DNA from: Longimicrobiales bacterium
Lineage (GTDB): Bacteria; Gemmatimonadota; Gemmatimonadetes; Longimicrobiales; Gaopeijiaceae
Direction of reading: 5' to 3'
NCBI GenBank assembly: GCA_965202805.1
Contig: OZ241869.1
Location: 2,432,001 to 2,496,000 of the forward strand
Length of the DNA: 64,000 nucleotides
The first letter of the stretch is position 1, and the number at the start of each line of letters is the position of its first letter. The notes under the pieces were generated by a model, which saw only the letters and a program-made list of their open reading frames with translations, was not told the DNA's origin and searched no databases. Positions 61,454 to 64,000 of the stretch are shown here, in pieces. The translations under genes were made by a program, and so were the position numbers.

Positions 61454-62701
61454 TTGGTCCGCCCGCCGGGTGAGCAGGGCCGGGAGTTGATCGGGCGCAC
61501 GGGTCCGGTCGCGTCCGGCGACCGCATCATTAGCCTGGATGTCCTGCGTGGCTTCGCCGTGCTCGGCATCCTGGTCATGAACATCCAGTCGTTCGCGATG
61601 CCGTCGGCGGCCTACACCAACCCCATGGCCTACGGCGACCTCACGGGGGCGAACCTGTTCACGTGGGTGGCCAGCCACCTGCTCGTCGACCAGAAGTTCA
61701 TGACGCTCTTTTCGTTCCTGTTCGGCGCGGGCGTCTGCCTGTTCGCGGAACGGGCCGAAGCCCGCCGCGGCCGTTCGGCCGGGCTGCACTATCGGCGCAT
61801 GTTCTGGCTGCTGCTCATCGGCCTCGCCCACGCCTACCTGCTCTGGCCGGGGGACGTGCTGGTGACCTACGCGGTGTGCGGCAGCCTCGTCTTCCTGCTG
61901 CGCAACCGCGCGCCCGCGACGCTGTTGGTCATGGGCCTGGTGGTCATGTCGGTGGCGAGCTTCCTGTCCGTCAGCTTCGGCCTGATCGCGCCCATGCTCC
62001 CCGAAGCGGAGACGGCGGACATCGCCGCCGCCTGGGCACCGGCCGCCGCCGAACTCGAGGCGCAACTGCTCGCCTATCGCGGCGCGTGGCTCGCCCAGCA
62101 GGGCCAGCGGGTCCCCGACGCCCTCATGATGCACACGACCGTCATTCCGGCGCTGCTTTTCTGGCGCGCCACCGGCGTCATGCTCATCGGCATGGCGCTC
62201 TATCGCTGGAAGGTCCTCGATGCGACCCGAAGCGACACCTTCCATCGCCGCCTGGCGCTCATCGGAGTCGGCGCCGGCTTCCCGGCGGCCGCCGCGGGAA
62301 TCTGGTGGAACTTCGACGGCGGCTGGAGCTGGGAGCGCTCCTTCTTTCTCGGCTCCCAGTTCAACTACTGGGGAAGCCTGGCGATGGCTTTGGGCTACAT
62401 CGGCCTCGTGATGCTGGCCATCCGCCACCGATGGCTCCCCGCCCTGCAGGCTCGCCTGGCCGCCGCCGGCCGCATGGCGTTCACCAACTACATCGCCCAG
62501 ACCGTCCTCTGTACGACCATCTTCTACGGGCACGGGTTGGGGCTGTTCGGAAGCGTTGCGCGCTGGCAGATGCTGCTTGTCGTGTTCGGCGTGTGGGGAC
62601 TCCAGCTCTGGTGGTCACCTCTGCTGTTGGCGCGGTACCGCTACGGCCCGCTGGAATGGGGCTGGCGGACGCTGACCTACGGGAGGATTCCGGGACGGTA
62701 G
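61454..62701 (+). CDS. DUF418 (YeiB-like) membrane protein
   Basis: RIISLDVLRGFAVLGIL.MN, KFMTLFSFLFG, GDVL..YA, GRMAFTNYI.Q, YGPLEW.WR.LTY; start approximate. Confidence 0.93.
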   Translation: MVRPPGEQGRELIGRTGPVASGDRIISLDVLRGFAVLGILVMNIQSFAMPSAAYTNPMAYGDLTGANLFTWVASHLLVDQKFMTLFSFLFGAGVCLFAERAEARRGRSAGLHYRRMFWLLLIGLAHAYLLWPGDVLVTYAVCGSLVFLLRNRAPATLLVMGLVVMSVASFLSVSFGLIAPMLPEAETADIAAAWAPAAAELEAQLLAYRGAWLAQQGQRVPDALMMHTTVIPALLFWRATGVMLIGMALYRWKVLDATRSDTFHRRLALIGVGAGFPAAAAGIWWNFDGGWSWERSFFLGSQFNYWGSLAMALGYIGLVMLAIRHRWLPALQARLAAAGRMAFTNYIAQTVLCTTIFYGHGLGLFGSVARWQMLLVVFGVWGLQLWWSPLLLARYRYGPLEWGWRTLTYGRIPGR

Positions 62702-62735
62702 GCGGGGCCATCGAGGGGTCTTCCGGAGACGCTTC

Positions 62736-64000
62736 ATGAGGGAGTCTGGATTCACGACACTCGCCGCGACCGGCCTGGTCGCCGGGGCTGCCCTGGTCTC
62801 CGCCTGCGCCCAACATGCGGGGCGCGCGGGTCAGGAGGCCGAGGAGCTGTTCGAGGAAGCCTGCGCCGGTTGCCACACCGCGGCCGGCGAGGGCCGCACA
62901 CCCGGGGCCATGCTCCTCGGAGCGCTGTCCCCGCGTGCGATCGTCGCCTCGCTCGAGGACGGCGTCATGCGGGTGGAGGGCGCCGACCTGACGCGGGAGC
63001 AGCGCATCGGGCTGGCCGAGTACCTGACCGGACGCGACCATGCGAGCGAGATTCTGCCCGCGTCGGCCTTTTGCGCCGACCACGGTTGGGGGGAGCTGGA
63101 TCTGGACGCGGTGGCCTCGATGGGATGGGGCGGAAACCTGGAGGCGACGGGATTCCAGTCCGGCGAACTGGCCGGCCTCAGCGCCGATGACCTTCCCGAT
63201 CTGGAGCTGCGCTGGGCCTTCGCATTCGCGGACGCGGGAGAGGTGCGGACCAGGCCCACCGTCATCGGGGACGCCGTGCTCGTGGGCGGGCCGTTCGGCG
63301 AGGTGCTGGCGCTCGATGCGGCCACCGGATGCGTGCGCTGGAGCTTCGAGGCGGACGCCGCCGTGCGGGGAGCGGTGCTGGCGGGGGAGGGCCCCGAGGG
63401 CCGGACGACCGCCTGGTTCGTCGACTACCGGACCAACGCCTACGCGCTCGACGTGGCCACCGGAACCGTCGTGTGGAAGTACCAGGTCGGCTGGCATTCG
63501 ACCTCGAACACCACGGGGAGTCCCGCCCTTCACGACGGCCGGCTCTTCGTCCCCATCTCCTCGCTGGAAGTCGTCGTCGCGGGCGATCCTCGCTACGAGT
63601 GCTGCACCGCCTCGGGAGCGGTGGCCGCTCTCGACGCGATGACGGGCGATGTCCTGTGGTATCATCGCGTCATTCCCGACTACCCGGAGGAGGCGGGAAC
63701 CAATGACATCGGCACAACGCTGTGGGCCCCTTCAGGCGCGCCGGTCTGGTCCAGCCCCACCGTCGATACGGCGCGCGGACTCGTCTACGCCGGGACGGGG
63801 GAGAACTATACGCGGCCGACCACGGCAAACAGCGACGCCATCATCGCAATCGACATCGACACGGGAGAGCTGGCGTGGTCGTTCCAGGCCACCTCGGACG
63901 ACGCCTTCACCATGGCCTGCACATCGTCCACGGCTCGCCAGAACTGCCCCGACCCGCCGGGTCCCGACTTCGATTTCGGCATGTCCCCGATGCTCGTCCG
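62736..64000 (+). CDS. Cytochrome c-PQQ dehydrogenase, polyvinyl-alcohol dehydrogenase-like; runs off the window end
   Basis: Absent from the ORF track (no stop in window). Manual translation MRESGFTT...VSAC (lipobox)...CAGCH; LELRWAF; SSLEV..YECC; SGAPVWSSP; GTGENY; NCP..PGPDFDFG. Confidence 0.88.
   Translation, partial: MRESGFTTLAATGLVAGAALVSACAQHAGRAGQEAEELFEEACAGCHTAAGEGRTPGAMLLGALSPRAIVASLEDGVMRVEGADLTREQRIGLAEYLTGRDHASEILPASAFCADHGWGELDLDAVASMGWGGNLEATGFQSGELAGLSADDLPDLELRWAFAFADAGEVRTRPTVIGDAVLVGGPFGEVLALDAATGCVRWSFEADAAVRGAVLAGEGPEGRTTAWFVDYRTNAYALDVATGTVVWKYQVGWHSTSNTTGSPALHDGRLFVPISSLEVVVAGDPRYECCTASGAVAALDAMTGDVLWYHRVIPDYPEEAGTNDIGTTLWAPSGAPVWSSPTVDTARGLVYAGTGENYTRPTTANSDAIIAIDIDTGELAWSFQATSDDAFTMACTSSTARQNCPDPPGPDFDFGMSPMLV

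Overview
GC-rich (roughly 70% by eye) bacterial chromosomal window with about 52 protein-coding genes and several gene remnants. I found no rRNA, tRNA, CRISPR array, prophage or intact IS element. The gene style suggests a marine, possibly sponge-associated, Gemmatimonadota genome, but this is inference only: Tat/lipoprotein-exported amidases and amidohydrolases, cadherin/Ig-repeat lipoproteins, a leishmanolysin-like protein, PQQ/cytochrome c fusions and a TAXI-TRAP transporter. Main blocks: (1) LolA-like/FtsX/FtsX/ATPase/outer-membrane-protein transport operon; (2) TPR-DUF4159-quinohemoprotein genes converging on a cytochrome c/TonB receptor/channel-like unit; (3) two tandem Ig-repeat lipoproteins sharing an unnamed C-terminal domain; (4) a DUF1326/DUF2182 pair split by a decayed hicAB module; (5) feoAB behind a Fur-type palindrome, with a FeoC-like Cys motif inside FeoB; (6) a MoxR/DUF58/Bat operon containing an extra beta-propeller lipoprotein; (7) a glcF-GNAT-flavoprotein-NSAR/OSBS operon; (8) an orphan PilB/GspE with MshEN-like and double zinc-ribbon domains; (9) TRAP-TAXI-amidohydrolase; (10) a leishmanolysin homolog lacking the catalytic Glu; (11) a PVA-dehydrogenase-like gene cut by the window end. 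Short 20-24 bp tandem duplications and internally deleted genes recur across the window. All family assignments come from recognising motifs by eye; no searches were run. Start codons were adjusted from the ORF track using RBS position and stop/start overlaps.
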